Counted from the first letter of the stretch, positions 13,473 to 28,323 are shown. The stretch is 64,000 nt of DNA from Ptychomitrium polyphyllum (GCA_973851085.1 OZ316775.1:4216001-4280000), one strand, 5' to 3'. The notes: generated by a model not told the origin, from the letters alone. Program-made: numbers and translations.

Positions 13473-15761
13473 TTTAAAGTTGAAGTTTGAAAATCGTTTG
13501 TACAATTTGGAATACGGCAAATAAAAATTTCCTTGAAATCTCTCAGCAGTAGCATACTGTTAACCCTTGCCAGGATAAATTGCCATGTCACGACAGGTTT
13601 TGAACCCCTTCTGCACTCAACTTCAAGTAATGATTTTATAATCCAATCGCGACTTCTACGATTTCTGCATTTCGAGGAAATATATAAAGATGAATTGGAC
13701 AGCTTCTAAACTGGAAAAGATGAGGTTTGAAATGATTGAAAGCACAGAAAGTTCATTCATAACCATTATCCCAATGAATGTGCAAAACCTGAGTCCTTGA
13801 AATCTGTTCATGACTGAATTAAAGTAAATGGTTTTCTAAAGTGTCACTACTTCTTACATGCGTTGGAAGTGTCACAGACTTCTTTATACTCAAAATTGGC
13901 GATCTGCCAGGCTACTAGAGGGGAAGTTGAATAGCGCTCTTGACATGGAATATGAAGGAGAAGGAAATGGGAAGAGCTACTATTAAATAAAGTCTAAATA
14001 TATAGGTCGAATATGAAACGTCAGATCATGTTCTTACTCATTTCTTAGAAATGCCAAATACGAAATGCTTCAGGTTCACCTCTTATGGTGAACAACGCTT
14101 TATTAGAAAAACCTATCAGAAACCGGGCCACTGGTATGAGTCTCTTCCCAGTCGCGTAAATCATCGTACTAATCTTTCTTTCCACTTGGAGTTCACAGAA
14201 ATTTGTAAAGGGAGATTGTGAGATTGATTAGCACAGTGATCATTTCCTTTAGCTAACGTGCTTATCTTTAATTATGTGTAGACTAGAGTATCAGTTTGTG
14301 AGAATTAGCCAGAAACCCTGTATTATCAATTATAGCATTGGACAGCATCGAAATGGCAGTGGTCGACCTTGGCAGAGAACTCAGTCCAGCACCAAGCCCT
14401 TGACGCTAACCAGTATGACCTTTCGATTTGTGTAAAGTAAGCCTGGGGCACATGACAAAAAATATGTTACTGTAGAAGCATTCTGTGTCTTCCAGTGAAT
14501 ATACTGTACACTCTCAGCTCAGGGTTAACTCTGCTGTACACGATTCACCCTTGAGCTGCCTGGAAAGGTTGACTGTAATATTGCTGCGCTCCTAAGTTAG
14601 TCCGAAGACAACCATGAAGTTACTCTAGGCAGAAAACCAAGAAGACAACCAAGTGCAGCCCTGTGCACCCTGAGATTGATATTTAGATTTCCGCACTTCC
14701 TGATGATTGCCTTTCTACTCGATCATAACTTTGTAACTATATTTTGTATAAAATGCAGCATGAAAAATATGTTTCGACATGTGAAGATGTTAAGGCCAGG
14801 TAGGTTTGCAATGATTTTTTTCATCTCTCTTTGCTTCTGGCTTCTGGCTATAGAGATGTTGTTTTTAAGTGGATAGTACATAGAACTGGAAACCAGTGAC
14901 TTCTGTGAGTATTGAGAAACGCATTTAGGAAAGTATGAAAAGGGCATCAGAAGTAGTCACCGGAGTCACCGGCTAGCCCAATAACCAGAAGCTTATAGTG
15001 GACAGAACGCAGGGGGGTTCAGAAAGCAAAAATACTTACAGAAAGGAAAGTAGGGAACAGTTCACAAACCCATTCTAGATGACCAAATAAATTATTAATG
15101 GAATTTTCAATTTCCAGAGAATGTTGATTTTCAATTTCCTGCGATATAATTTACTTTCGTTTGCTTCAAAATTAACTTAATCCAGAGTACAGGCAGACCT
15201 GCCACCAGCATCAGTCAACAGACTGTGGCTCATGATGCGCGATGTGGGCCATTTCGGTTGTGTGAACTGCTTGAGATGTGAATTTGAGAATGCTATGGAA
15301 CCTTGCCTCATTGCCACTGATACTGTTACTATTTCACCATGGTCAGTTTCTTGTTGTCCTTGTGCTTGTCCTTTCTTTTGCCTCTCTCAAAGCACTGCCT
15401 ATTGGGTGTTTCTCTTACAATGAAGCTCTTCCTTTGGATGCAGAAAATGAAGTTGTACGGCAGTGAGTTGAACGATTGTAAATTTAACTCTAGTCCTTCC
15501 GTAGCATTCTCCAGCAGCTGAGCTGAAGCAACTCCTCCTCATCTTCAAAGTGGGAAATTAACAATAGGACGTGTGTGGCACTGAATGCATGATTCTAGTT
15601 TGGTGATTTGGTACAAAACAAAATTCCTCAATTCTTTTATGTTACAAAGTTTTAATAATGGGATTGCACCTTTGTATAATGGAATTATGTAAGAATACCA
15701 TGAACATTTAAACAAATTAGATTACCTCACCTCCACTAGTCAATCATCTTATTTTTAAAAA

Positions 15762-15840
15762 CTTATGATGTTAGTTATTGAATAAGTTACATAAAAGTAA
15801 CCTTATGATGTTAGCTATAGAATAAATTACATAAAAGTAA
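15762..15840 (+). repeat. 40-bp tandem duplication
   Basis: CTTATGATGTTAG(T/C)TA(T)(T/A)GAATAA(G/A)TTACATAAAAGTAA twice, head to tail. Confidence 0.85.
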
Positions 15841-17646
15841 ATTATACAAATGCCACAAATTAGGAAAACATAGTTTATAAAAACAAAATATGACAAGTTA
15901 TTCTAATACTTACATCAGAGTAAGCTTGATGGTCCTATCTCACTGTGTATTTGCAGACTCACAATCTATGTGTGTTCTGAAAGTGTGTTCAGGATAACAC
16001 TATTGCCTAGGAAACACAACACCAGGTTGTGAACCAAGTCTGTGGTCTGAAGAGTGTTGACCACTCCCAGTCAGGGACTCAGGTTGAACATTGGATACCC
16101 CTGCAGTACTTGCACACATGGGGTAGTTGGCATGCTAAGGTATTTAATTTGAAGTTACCAGTTGCAATTGCATGTCAATCTTTATCTGAAACAAACTGAA
16201 AGGCTGTTTACCATGTGAGATGAAGATGACTAGGGTAGCAGTTACAAAGTAGCTGGTCAACACCTAAACTTGTTCTATAGAATTTTCTTGTGAGGTTACT
16301 AGATTATTTCGGATTTTGTTCTGCAAACCTTCATGATCCACAAGGTACGATGTGGTGTTCAGCACTCAACTAAATGGGGTGTGGAGAAGGTGGCTTGAAC
16401 AAAATTTAATGCAATTTTCAAATTTAGATTTCCACAATCTATAACCTTTTTTAAAATGCCTGTGAGTCGTCTAGATAAAGAGGCTGAATACTAAGATCCC
16501 TAATTTGGAACACTCACAAATTTTTTTACATTGTCTAAATAATACATTTAAAAATGTTTTTGAATTTTTTTTTTCCTTTTAAACAATATTTTAAAAAATT
16601 AATTATAACCATGTTCAGTTGCCTCAAAGTCAGGTAATGGGTGTTGGCTTGGTTTGAGGGTGGCCGGTCCTAACTACTAAGATGTTATGATCAGCTGTAA
16701 TGCTAACTTATTGTGTAAGTGTGGAAACCTTACCTAAACAGATATCCCTAGGCCAGGCTAGGCTAAACTATCTTCCTGAAGGACGAGAACAAGTGGGTTG
16801 GGATGCAGATAGGAAAACGAGCTCCATGCTCACCGCTACGCCAGTCCGATGACAACCGCTCTTTCTGACATTGTCTGAAACGTACACAGCCATCGGGATC
16901 CGGAACACTGGACAATGGCGGTGGTGGTGCACTGGTGCATGAGCGAACTGCAACTCATTGGGCTGTCACTGAGGTGGCAGAATAGTTTTCAAGTGCAACT
17001 TAAAATGATATTTGATATCAATGTTTCTTTACAACAAAATTGCATGTAATAGCTACGGCCGGATACAGTTAATATACAGGTCACTAATTCATGTCAATAA
17101 TGAATATATTATTATATATAATGTCCTATTTGTTATAGTATGAGTGCATGCACACAACTTGAGAGTGGAGACAGTTCACAAGTTTTTGAAAGTGCTTGGA
17201 TTGATAGGTAATTGGAGGGATTTGTCTGAATCATTCTCCGCAAACTCTGTTAACTTGAGTGGTACCTTCAAGGAATCAAGCCAGATCTAGAGAGTGTTAT
17301 GGACATGCTGAAAATAATCTGCTATTTGAGATGCACTGAGTACAATACGATCGGCATGATAATTTCGCTAGAGTCCGCTTTGATCTTTCACCACAGTTGC
17401 AAAGATATATATCTAGCCTGCAACTCACTGGCACAAAGGACTTTCATACTTTGGATCTACTAATGAAGGGTGAAATATAAGTAGAGTCCTGTTGACGATG
17501 AATCCAGACACTAAAGACTTGCTGACATAATCCTGCAGCCTTCCACTCTTCGGACTCATTGATCATGAGCATTGAATGCCTAGTTAGGCAGAGATGGTTA
17601 AGATGGTCAGGAAAAGGTGACCGGGAACTCCGTCAGTGTCCTTACC

Positions 17647-17703
17647 GAACAGCTGCCAAACTTAGCTGAACAGCAAATTTTGAACAGCTATTCTTTATAA
17701 ATA
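17647..17703 (+). promoter_or_regulatory. Probable core promoter of PME copy 1: TATAAATA (17696-17703) preceded by three GAACAGC motifs
   Basis: TATA box ~170 nt upstream of ATG 17868; GAACAGC at 17647, 17668 and 17682. Confidence 0.4.
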
Positions 17704-17867
17704 ACATTCCGTTTACCATTTTCAGATATAACAGGGCAGGTAGACTGTAGTCTCTCTCCAACGCACCGTTCCTATTTGAAGACTAGGTGTACACGGTTCA
17801 GAATGAGAAGGTGAGCTTAGTCTAGCGAGTTGCACTATTCCGTTCCCCAGCTCGGCATCTATTTCTA

Positions 17868-19562
17868 ATGGCTCAACTTCAGACCACCGTGTGGATGTTG
17901 GTTATCATCTCATTCACATGCTTTTCCCAAGCTGCACAAGCTGTGCAAAAGCTCCCAGAAACAAGAGAGGAAGTGGTGGCCGACTTCGAAAACTGGGTGA
18001 AGAGGGTGGGAGAGAAGCATGCAGCCTTCCAGAATGCTGCCAAGAATGCAGGGAGCGTTGAGGAGCTTGCAAGCAAGTTAGGCGAGACTGTGATTGTGGT
18101 TGATCAGAGTGGAGCTGGCAACTTCAAGACCGTCAACGAAGCGCTTAACTCTGTGCCAGTGCACAATAAGGCACCCGTTACTATCAAAGTGAATGCTGGA
18201 ACTTATGTGTAAGTGATCCAACTGGTTGATGAAAGAGAATATTTTAGTTTTTCAAGCTGGCTTTAGAAATCCTGGCAGCTCAGTCCTTTCTTCCAATGGT
18301 GTAGAGATAAGTATGTTACATGATAATCTGTTTATTTTGCTTAGTCAAGTTTGAGTTTTGTAGATTATGTGGGTGCATGCAGTGAGAGGGTGGTGATTCC
18401 CAAGTCCATGCAGCACATTACCTTACAAGGAGCTGGTCGAGATGTCACCAAAATCACTGAGAAAAATGTGGCTGGCGAGAGTGGCACCACATACACCTCC
18501 TCTACCGTCGGCGTTAGCGCCCCCTACTTCACTGCCTATGATATCAGTTTTGAGGTGCAATATCCCACATTTTCTCCTTCAACACCAATCACTGTAACTG
18601 ATTTTTAATCCTCTCTGGGCTGCTTGAGCTTCAATTTGTTTTTTCTAATTTTATTCACCGAGTGGATGACAGAACTCTTCGCCTCCACCCAACGGCGGAG
18701 TTCAGCAGCAAGCAGTTGCACTGCGAACAACAGGTGATTTCAATGCCTTCTACCGTTGCGCATTCTATGGTCACCAAGACACACTCTACGACCACAGAGG
18801 TCGCCATTTCTTCAAGGACTCCCTCATCGTCGGTACGGTGGACTTCATTTTTGGCGGTGGAAAGTCTCTGTACAAGGTCCGTGAAACATAACATAGTTTG
18901 AATGTATTAACATGACGACCCGTGGTCGATAGTGGAATATATATCATCCTTGAATGTGAGTGAATGTTACTGATTGATCTTTTAAACTTCTCTTCCAAAA
19001 TGTGGTACAGAACTGTGAGCTCAGGGTGCTGCCATCTGTAGGCGGCTCATTGACAGCCCAGAAGAGGTTAAGCGGAACGGATGACAATGGTTACTCATTT
19101 GTAAACTGCAAGGTGACCGGCTCGGGGCAGCCCACAGTATATCTAGGTCGTGCATGGGGTCCATATTCTCGAGTAGTGTTCGCTTTCACCGAATTTGCCA
19201 ACATTATCAAACCAGAGGGGTGGTACAACTGGGGTGATCCAGCAAGAGAAAAGTAAGCAGAGAGCTCCCTTACTAAACTTGTTTGCAAGTCTTGATCTAT
19301 CTCAATATAATACGGTGTATAAATTTTCATGTAAGCTGAGCTTACCTATACAGTCATTATGCTTAGATGATTTTTTTTTAAATGATATCTTCCTGATTCG
19401 TGTTGCAGGACTGTGTTTTATGGACAATATAAGTGCTTCGGCCCTGGTGCAAACCAAGCTGGAAGAGCTTCCTATTCACGTGAGCTCACAGATGCCGAAG
19501 CCGCACCTTTCCTAAGCCTAAACTACGTCGATGGCGGACTTTGGGGCGTATTAGATGGTTAA
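17868..19562 (+). CDS. Pectin methylesterase (CE8) copy 1, no PMEI pro-domain; exons 17868-18208, 18383-18554, 18673-18876, 19011-19252, 19409-19562
   Basis: Signal peptide; motifs [57 protein letters not shown]. All introns GT-AG and in frame. Confidence 0.96.
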
Positions 19563-20970
19563 ATATTCACCTGGACCACATTGGTCTTGTCCAAGGAGTT
19601 CTCAAGCCAATAATTAGATGTTAGGAAGAAGCTGGATTAGCACGGAGTAATTATGCGTTGAGTTTAGTTTCCCCAAAGTGGAATGTGCAGGCTCATGTCG
19701 ACTACGGATTGGTTGAAAAAGTGCAATAGTTGAGAATGTAGAGTGTCTCATGCTTTCATAATTCACATTCGATCGAGCATTTCATTTTGTAATTTGACAC
19801 CCCCGTTTTGGAGCTTTCCTGAAATAGCGATTGCTTTTAGAAGCTGTTTGACTCACAACAAAGTATTGTTGATTCCATGCACTTGCCATAGGATATTCTT
19901 ATTCCATTTATCAAACGAGTGTAAGTATTAACTATGCTATGGTCCCAATGTTCCCATTCTTGGCTTTGTTGCGATGTGTCAATACTTTGCATTCAGTGTA
20001 CTTGTCCCGCCATTCCAACTTCCATTGAAAGCCGCTGTACGGTTCAGTTACTCGTGAACCAGATGTAGTAAAGAGAGGCCGTTGAAGGAGAACTAGGTGA
20101 CAAAGTTTCAGCTGAAAATCCTGGACAACCCCGATGTATCAAAACCGGCTGCTGACCTAACCACCACTAGGACCACCTATTTGCCGGCATCTCAAACTAC
20201 ACTACATATACAATGAAACTCCTTCAGGATTTCTTTGTACGCAGATCATGTTCACAAGTTACTGGAAATTCGGAGCTTCGAAATGCCAGCAGCATATTCA
20301 AATGTATGGGTCAAAACCAGGGTGACCTATTCGAAAAATCTTACGAACCTGGTGCAACTTGAATATCATGACGGCAAAGTGCAAATTGTGCATTGCTGGT
20401 CCATGGAGTAAAATTCAGTACTTCGAATCTGCAATGAGAAAAATGCAATGAATTTGGACACACCTTAAATCTGCAATGAGATAGTCACTGATTTAAAATT
20501 ACAGCTACACTTAAGCATGTGATGTGATGATGGCCCGGAGGGTATTACAACTGAAACAACAATGTGACATACTCTAAGCATGTTGATGCGACCTGTATTC
20601 AAGAAAGAAGTTAATTGTCAGAGGTTCACTATGTACGCTGCAGCTATGGTGGAGGAATCAACAGCAATCAAAACAGAAGATCTACAGTCAAGCAAGAGGA
20701 AGCCCAGCAGTGAATGTGTTGATCGTAGATCTGACTCGGAGAGATGGCAAACAGACGAGCAAACAAACAGCGAGGACAATGGCGGTGCAATAGTCATGGC
20801 TAACCCAGAAGAAATCTTGGCATCAATCATCACTTAGTCAAACCCTTCAACAGCTTCTGCTTCTTGCAACAGCTTCTTCATCATCGCCAACCTGCCACAA
20901 ATGGACCCTGCCTCATAAAACTCTTCAGGAACTAGGCCGCTTGCATGCGCCTGCCTGAGCCTCGAAGAAA

Positions 20971-22645
20971 ATGGGAATGGGACCGTTCAGCCTCACATGT
21001 GTCTGGATAATTGTCCTGCTTGCAACAGTCATCCTCATTGTTAGCGTCTCCCATTCGCCAGCGTGGATTCTTAACGTAAGACTAGGATCTAGAGTTGCCG
21101 GTGACCTACATGAGCATTCACCCGACAAAACAAACGTGCGCGACATACCTCAAGTTTTCAGCAATGAGACGTACTGGCGGCCCTGCCAAAGTTCCCCGAC
21201 GTCGTCTAAGAATATCTCCTACTTCTTCCGCGTCGATCAAAGTGGCGGAGGTGATTTCTTCACTGTGCAAGCAGCTGTCGATGCCGTGCCGGAAAACAGC
21301 GAGCAGCGCACTATCATCCAAATCAGAGCCGGCATTTATAAGTAAGCTCGCTTGCTCTCTCTCCAATTAGGGCTAAGAAACTGTTACAACTACGAACTCA
21401 TTTCTACCTTCCTTCCTTTGACAATAATTCTTGCTATATGGTTCAGCCGATTGCATACAGAAGCTATCCACATGTTTGTGACCTAATCCACGTGTTTGCA
21501 GAGAGAAGGTGCTCATCCCAAATAACAAACCGCACATAACAATGCAAGGAGCGGGCATGAATGCGACCATCATCACCGGTAATGACACTGCCGCCCAGAG
21601 TGGAACCGAAGGCAGCGCCACCGTTGCGATCTACGCCGACCACTTCACGGCTGTAGACATGGGATTCAAGGTACCGTCCAATCCCAAATGCAGCGTGAAC
21701 CTGCCGAAGCGGGCTAACAGTCAAGGTTTCCGATACCACCCGTGTCTCTGCATTCATGGAACGTGCTTTGCTGCAGAACATCGCCCCGATGCCGGAACCT
21801 GGAGAGTTAGGGAAGCAAGCGGTGGCATTGGTGATATGCGGCGACAAGGCAGCTTTCTACGATTGTGGATTCTACGGCGCCCAAGACACACTGTTCGATT
21901 ACGCGGGTCGCCACTATTTCAAGAACTGCTTCATCGAAGGCTCCATCGACTTCATCTTCGGTGATGGCCGATCTCTCTACGAAGTGAGAACCCATCTCCC
22001 ATAAGACCTTCGTTGCAAGCCCTGAGTCAGAGAACAGAATATCAAAGCTGGAGAAAATTCTCGTGTGTTTGTAGTGTTTCATGGTTGCGATGTTGTTCTG
22101 TCCCACAGGGATGCGAGATTCATGTCATAGCGGAGACCACTGGTTCGATCACAGCGCAGGCGAGGAGTAAACCAGAGGATCATTCGGGGTTTGTGTTCAC
22201 CGACTGCACCATCATGGGCCATGGCCTAGTGTGGTTAGGCCGCGCATGGGGCTCATCGTCGCGCGTTGTGTTTGTGAGAACCTACATGGACGACATCATC
22301 ATCCCAGCCGGATGGACCGACTTTGGCGACTCTACTGTTCATAAGTAAGCCGTGATCTATCGATTGGATTTCGTTACGTTCTCTCTTAGAAACTGGCAAT
22401 CCACACCGTGGTATGCTTATGTTTGTTTGCATTTGATCTGTATGTGGTGCAGCACTTCGTTTTATGCGCAATACAAGTGCTCAGGGCCAGGTGCGCAGGC
22501 GGCTGTTCGCGTTCCATGGTCGTATGAGCTCAACGATGACGATGTGCAGCAATTCCTCAACATGGATTTCATTGATGGTGCCTCTTGGATTCACTCAACG
22601 CGCAAGCTCATCGACAAGCCTGACAGAATCCCTGGTCGCGCATAA
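20971..22645 (+). CDS. Pectin methylesterase (CE8) copy 2, no PMEI pro-domain; exons 20971-21341, 21502-21670, 21777-21983, 22109-22344, 22453-22645
   Basis: N-terminal hydrophobic signal/anchor; [51 protein letters not shown]. Same four intron positions as copy 1. Confidence 0.96.
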
Positions 22646-25600
22646 GCTTGGCTGGTGATTGATTGTTTTGATGGACTACTCGTTATTGAACCTGATGCAG
22701 AAGTACTTGAGATGATTTTTAATGTTTTTTTGGCAGATCAGAGAATTTTCTTGCTCAGATTACATGACACCAGGAGCCCATCACAATGTCGACGTCTGAC
22801 AACTTGGCTGCAGCAGGAGGGTAAGTTTTAGGCAATTCTGACACGGATTCTTGATACTGATTGCTGATTACCTGAATTTCATTTTCTTATATGTTTTTTG
22901 TCTTTTTCTTTTTAAAAATTTGCTCATTTGATCAACTAGAAGTCGAAGCTCTTGAACTTCTATTAGTGGTTGTTTTGCAAAATTCTTTTTTTTCCCGGAA
23001 CACCAACCAAAGGAAGATCACAGGAGGTCGTGTGGAAATACTCACTTTAGTTAAGAGGTGTGTATGATCACAGAGAGGTAACTTCACAAACGATTTCTGA
23101 GATTCAGCGCATGCAACTGGTTTGATCAATTGTACATACATGTATTAGTGAAATCTTTGATATCTATGCATCTTTAACTTTTCTTGAATCGTCCTGCTGA
23201 TTGAAATGGACTTGGCCATGACGACACGTCCATGACCTTTAAAGAAGTGCACAATAAACTAGATGCAGCCACCTATTTCAAATTACTTATTAGCACAGTA
23301 GATATTGTTCATTTACCTTCAAGAGTATGTAGGGCCCTAGCCTCATCACACCGTTGGTTGCCAAGAACTCCGTTCAAGTTTCTTTGAGTTAGTCACAAGA
23401 GTTAGAAACGTCCGCATCATGCACGTTTTCTGTTCACATCTACCGAGCAATAGACATTAAACTGAACAACAGACATCAAGACTTGGACTCAGCTGTAAGA
23501 TTCCTGACACCCTTCCTTCAATCAACAAACACTTGTTTCAAGTATGTTCGATTGAATATAGACGCCTGTGATTACAATGCATTATCAGAAATTGGCTGTT
23601 GCTATTGTCACTGGGTATTAGGTGTATGAAGCATTGAAGAAATTCTCATTAAGTTCTCTAGCTTCTCAATTAGAGATTATTTGAAGCTAGGCTCAATCTC
23701 ACTAGTAGATGAACTCAACTATCATTGCAATGTGTTTATAACAAGGGGTATAAGTTATGCCATTCGCTAGTCATAGTCAATAAGCTTCATTACTGTGAAC
23801 AGTGAGTCCTAACAAGTCACATTAAGCTTAAATACAGATGACGACAGACAATGCTCTGAAGCCTTGTGGCAAATATCTTGCGAACTCCATACAAAGCTAT
23901 TCGTCTCAACTCTAGAAACATGATGTTAGACGAGGACTTCTGAGGGACTTCCGATTATTTTTTCAAAAAAACTTCGTCACTTATCTACAAGTAACCAGAA
24001 GGCTTCACATACAACTATAGTACTAACACTACACAGCCATATAGTACAATACCATCTCTCAATTCAAGATTCGTGGACAACTTGGCTGATTTCTATATAT
24101 GGGACAGATCTGCTACAGACGTATAATTGTAATAAATTGCATCTGGTGAGTCCTTGTTGATATGTTCATGCCAATATCATGAGTTCTAGAGAGAAATAAA
24201 TTGTGTAGTTTGGGCGTTGAACTAGATTGCCATAAGCACAGGAGTGAATTCGAGTCTTGTAACTAGTCACTTTGCAATGACCAAGGGATCACGACGTAGA
24301 AGCGTAATAAAACACCTCCACAGGCCATCCGTACTTTTTCAAGGCATGTAACCTTGAAGTGGATCTGGGGTATGAAACACTCATCAATAGACAAGTATTA
24401 TTGTCTAATGCCAGGCTTCTATAAATTGAAGGTTCTGTCACTTTATAAGCGCCGGTTCCTGCTGTAGACATAGTGAACCTGCTCACACTTCTGAAGATAT
24501 TATGTAGGTCCCTTACCCTCTTTCTTGGTAGACGATGTAAGGTCTCACACTGTACATGTGATCAAATTTTGTTAGAGTAACTTCACATGTTTAAAAGCAT
24601 AGTAAGAAGTGATGCCTCTTCATACTTTTTTCTAGCTATTTTGGTTTTACAAGCACACAATTTTAACGTTCTTCTACTTTAGTAATGGACAAGATGTGAG
24701 GATGTGCCCAACATGGTGCACTTTCTGTACATGACACTGCAATCAACCAAACAGTAAACTTCTGGCTCCTCTCTAATATGAGGAAAAGAAAGGGAAAAAC
24801 AATTGAACTCCTGTTAGATCATGTTCGAATAAGATCAGCAACGACAGGATCATACACACCATATAAAGGACACCAAAGAGGTGGCCTGACACACAGCACG
24901 AGCCATCGTTGTCGGCAAGTGAGCTTCAGAAGTGGGTCCACCCTACTACGAGGCGCTTGGTTATTGCTCCGCATACTCTGACGCAATCAACTCACTGTGG
25001 TTCACCCTTTCTATCCTCTCTCTCAGATGTGCACACTGCACACTTTCCACTCCAATGAGTTATCCTTCTTGTTGTCCTCAGTACATCCTTCTCATCATAG
25101 ATGATAGGTGTGCTCAGTACTACTCTTGTATGGCAAGGTGGCAATGTTACCATGTTTCCAGCACAGCAGCAATAATCACTCTCCCAGGCCGTCGTGCACA
25201 GTAATTCTCAATAGTCTGGCAGATTGAAACAGTTCAGAAGATCAAAATGTGACCTTGGTACATGGGCTTTAAGCTATTCTCTTAGTCAAACTCTGCCAGG
25301 CTGGATAGGAGGTTCTATTATTCTGTTACATTAAAAAGTTGAATGCCACTTGTAGAATACATACTCCAGATATTATCAATCTATATTATGATGCTCAGGA
25401 ATTCACACTGTAGTTTTTCTCATTGCCTTAAACTAGAGGCCAAAACACTAGCGCATGATGCACAGCACTATATCTTGAATATTCTAACCTGTGTTTCCAA
25501 TTGCTGACCCAGTTCATTGATCTAAAATGTAATGGAAGTTTAATAGAACACTCACATGCATTACTCTATCTCCATCACAAGTACTGAACACCAGGAAAGA

Positions 25601-26574
25601 TGCCTTTCATCACGGTGTATGATAAGTATAGCTGGTTTTCAAGAGTCTGTCCTTCTAATGTAGAAAGTCACCGGTACTGAAGCCTGCAAATGGAAGTCTT
25701 GAGAGCCACCTTACTCAGTAGGATGCATACTTCAAGTACTACTTCACGTAAGAGCCTCTCACCAGTGCGCCGGTTGAGAATACTGTACATTTGGATGTCA
25801 CATCAGAAACCAGAGGCCACCACCTTTACCCCAGTTCTTTTATGAATGCAGCGCCGCAATCAGAGTCAGGAGTACGCCTTCACATAGAGTTACATTCCAA
25901 TCACTACACCTTTCCCACTGCCATAAAACAGCCGCAGCTATGGCGAGCTCAAGAGCCAAGGATCCTCGAAATCATTGATCATGAGTGCGTGCGCGTAAGA
26001 TGAACATCAGTGCTGGCCCCACGATCATGGCTCTGCCTTGTGCAGGCACAATTGACACACAATATAGCCTTACATTTAGCCTGCCCACTTGGATATTGAA
26101 CTACAGCTAGAGTCTTTAGAAGTACATAGGTCGAGAAGAATTGAGCAGAGCAATTTGCGTTAGCGCCACCGTTGCTTGGCAGGCACTTACCGCCTCAGAT
26201 TGGAGATTGCACTTGATAGCTCTGCTGCACCTTCTGGCACTGCCAATGTGCATAGAAAGTGGGAATCTGCAGATCATAATCTTTTGCTGATTTCATAGAT
26301 TCGAGCTTTTCCCGCATTTAGCAGCTGCAGGTTAAAGTACAGGTTGACTTACTGTAGCGTGTTGAGGGGAGTGACAGAGGGAGAATATTGACCACCATAG
26401 CTGCTGCACTTGGGTCTCAAGAGAGTGTTGAGAGTGAGACAAACTCTTCAATCGATCATGTTATCGTTCCTTTGGCTTTGTACATGTGACTATGTTAAGG
26501 AGCCTGCACCAGCTCTGACATTATCAAAAGCTGAGGATTAGATTCGTTGCTTTGTAATCATTCATTGACTAGAA

Positions 26575-28323
26575 ATGGCGCCGCACGAGAAACTGTCTAC
26601 TCTTTGGCCAAGTCTGATCATGGTTCTTCTCTCGGTTAATCATAGTATGTGCTCGGCTCGCGAGGTGCAGGGGCATATAGCGGTTTTTACAGGCCACAGA
26701 GAGTTTGCTAGAGAGCGTAGATTACTTGACCTATCTCTGGGGAAAAAGAGCACCCGCACTGACACTGAGCACGAATTCAGGGATTTTGAGCAGTTCGGGA
26801 AAAGCTCAGAGAGCAAAGTTGGTATTGGAGGAAATCACTTCTATGTTTCCAAGACTGGTAACGCTAAGTTCAACAATATTCAAGATGCCATTGACAGTAT
26901 TCCTGAGTACAATGAGCAGTGGGTTCGGATTGACATCGCAGCTGGAGAGTACCAGTAAGCCAACCTCCACTGCTCTCTTGCACCAAGCTGACATTTTAGT
27001 TTTAATTGAGTTTATTGAGAGATAACTGGCCAATCTTCAAGAATTTTTCTTTCCGAATTTTAGTATACATAGTTCCTCACTCGTTGACTCTTGGATGCAG
27101 CGAGAAGGTGATCATTCCCTACAACAAGCCGTTCATCTCGTTGCAGGGGGCTGGAGTAACTGCCACCACAATTATTAACTCCGAGACAGCGAGCACGAGT
27201 GGCACTGCGGATAGCGCAACATTCACGGTCTGGGCGCCCAATTTTGTTGCCAGAAGCATTGGTTTTGTGGTGAGAATCAAGCAGTGTGTGCTCCCCTTAT
27301 GTGGCATGTTGTCCTGAGTTTTTGTTCTAAGATTAAGTTGGATTTGAGCTGAATATATATGAACTTGAATCTTAGTGTCTACTGGGTGACCTTACCTCTC
27401 CTATCTCTTGTTCAGTGACCTAAGTTGAGAGCTTGATGAAACTTATTATGTACGTAGAATGCAGCTCCCCCAGCGAAGCCTGGGGCCGTAGATGGGCAGG
27501 CTGTGGCGGTGCTGCTCGCAGCTGACAAGGCTGCCTTCTACGGATGTGGGATGTATGGAGGACAAGACACTCTTTTTGATTATGCTGGGCGACACTACTT
27601 CAAGGATTCTTACATTTCAGGAACAATAGACTTCATCTTTGGCAATGCTAAGTCGATTTTCAAGGTATAGCCCCTCGTTGCCCTAATTCCGTATTGATCG
27701 ATTCAACATGACCTGACATTAATGCATTAGTACTTCAATGATTAACAAGACATCGTCTGCAGGATTAGGTTAATGTCGTTCTCATCAAAAATGTTGACAT
27801 GCGCTAATGGTGTGTGGCAGAACGTTGAGCTTCACGCAATGGCTCAGGATTCTATGATTTCAGGCTCTCTCACAGCACAGAAACGGTCGTCGAGCAACGA
27901 AGACACAGGGTTTGTGTTCATTGACTGCAAGATTACAGGAACGGGCCAAGTGTACTTGGGGAGAGCGTGGGGGCCATATTCTCGAACAGTGTATATCAAT
28001 ACTTACATGGAAAACATTATAATCCCTGAGGGTTGGCAGGATTGGGGCAGCTCTCAGAGACAGAAGTGAGTTGGCTATGTCGTACCTCGTTATATTGTAA
28101 TAAGGAAAATTTCTTTCGCAATTCATGGCTACAACTCTGTTGCTAAATTTAAATTTTTTGTCATGTATGCAGGACGGTTTACTATGGACAATACCAATGT
28201 TCAGGGCCAGGATCAGACCCCTCTCAGCGTGTGCCATGGTCGCATGAGCTTAGTGATAGTGAAGCTTCGCAATACATGCAACTCAGCTGGATTGATGGAC
28301 AGACATGGCTTCCTCAGACCTAA
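26575..28323 (+). CDS. Pectin methylesterase (CE8) copy 3, no PMEI pro-domain; exons 26575-26954, 27101-27269, 27458-27664, 27821-28065, 28173-28323
   Basis: Signal peptide; [56 protein letters not shown]. Exon 3 translated by hand. Conserved intron positions. Confidence 0.96.

Noticed and set aside
14515..14558. Short hairpin CAGCTCAGGGT...ACCCTTGAGCTG
   Set aside because: Only ~11 bp with a bulge; no supporting context
15232..15521. Short hydrophobic ORFs resembling a signal-peptide exon
   Set aside because: No downstream exons or homology identifiable; T-rich sequence gives hydrophobic translations by chance
20580..20837. 85-aa ORF upstream of PME copy 2
   Set aside because: No recognisable motif or splice link to the PME; cannot be supported as a gene
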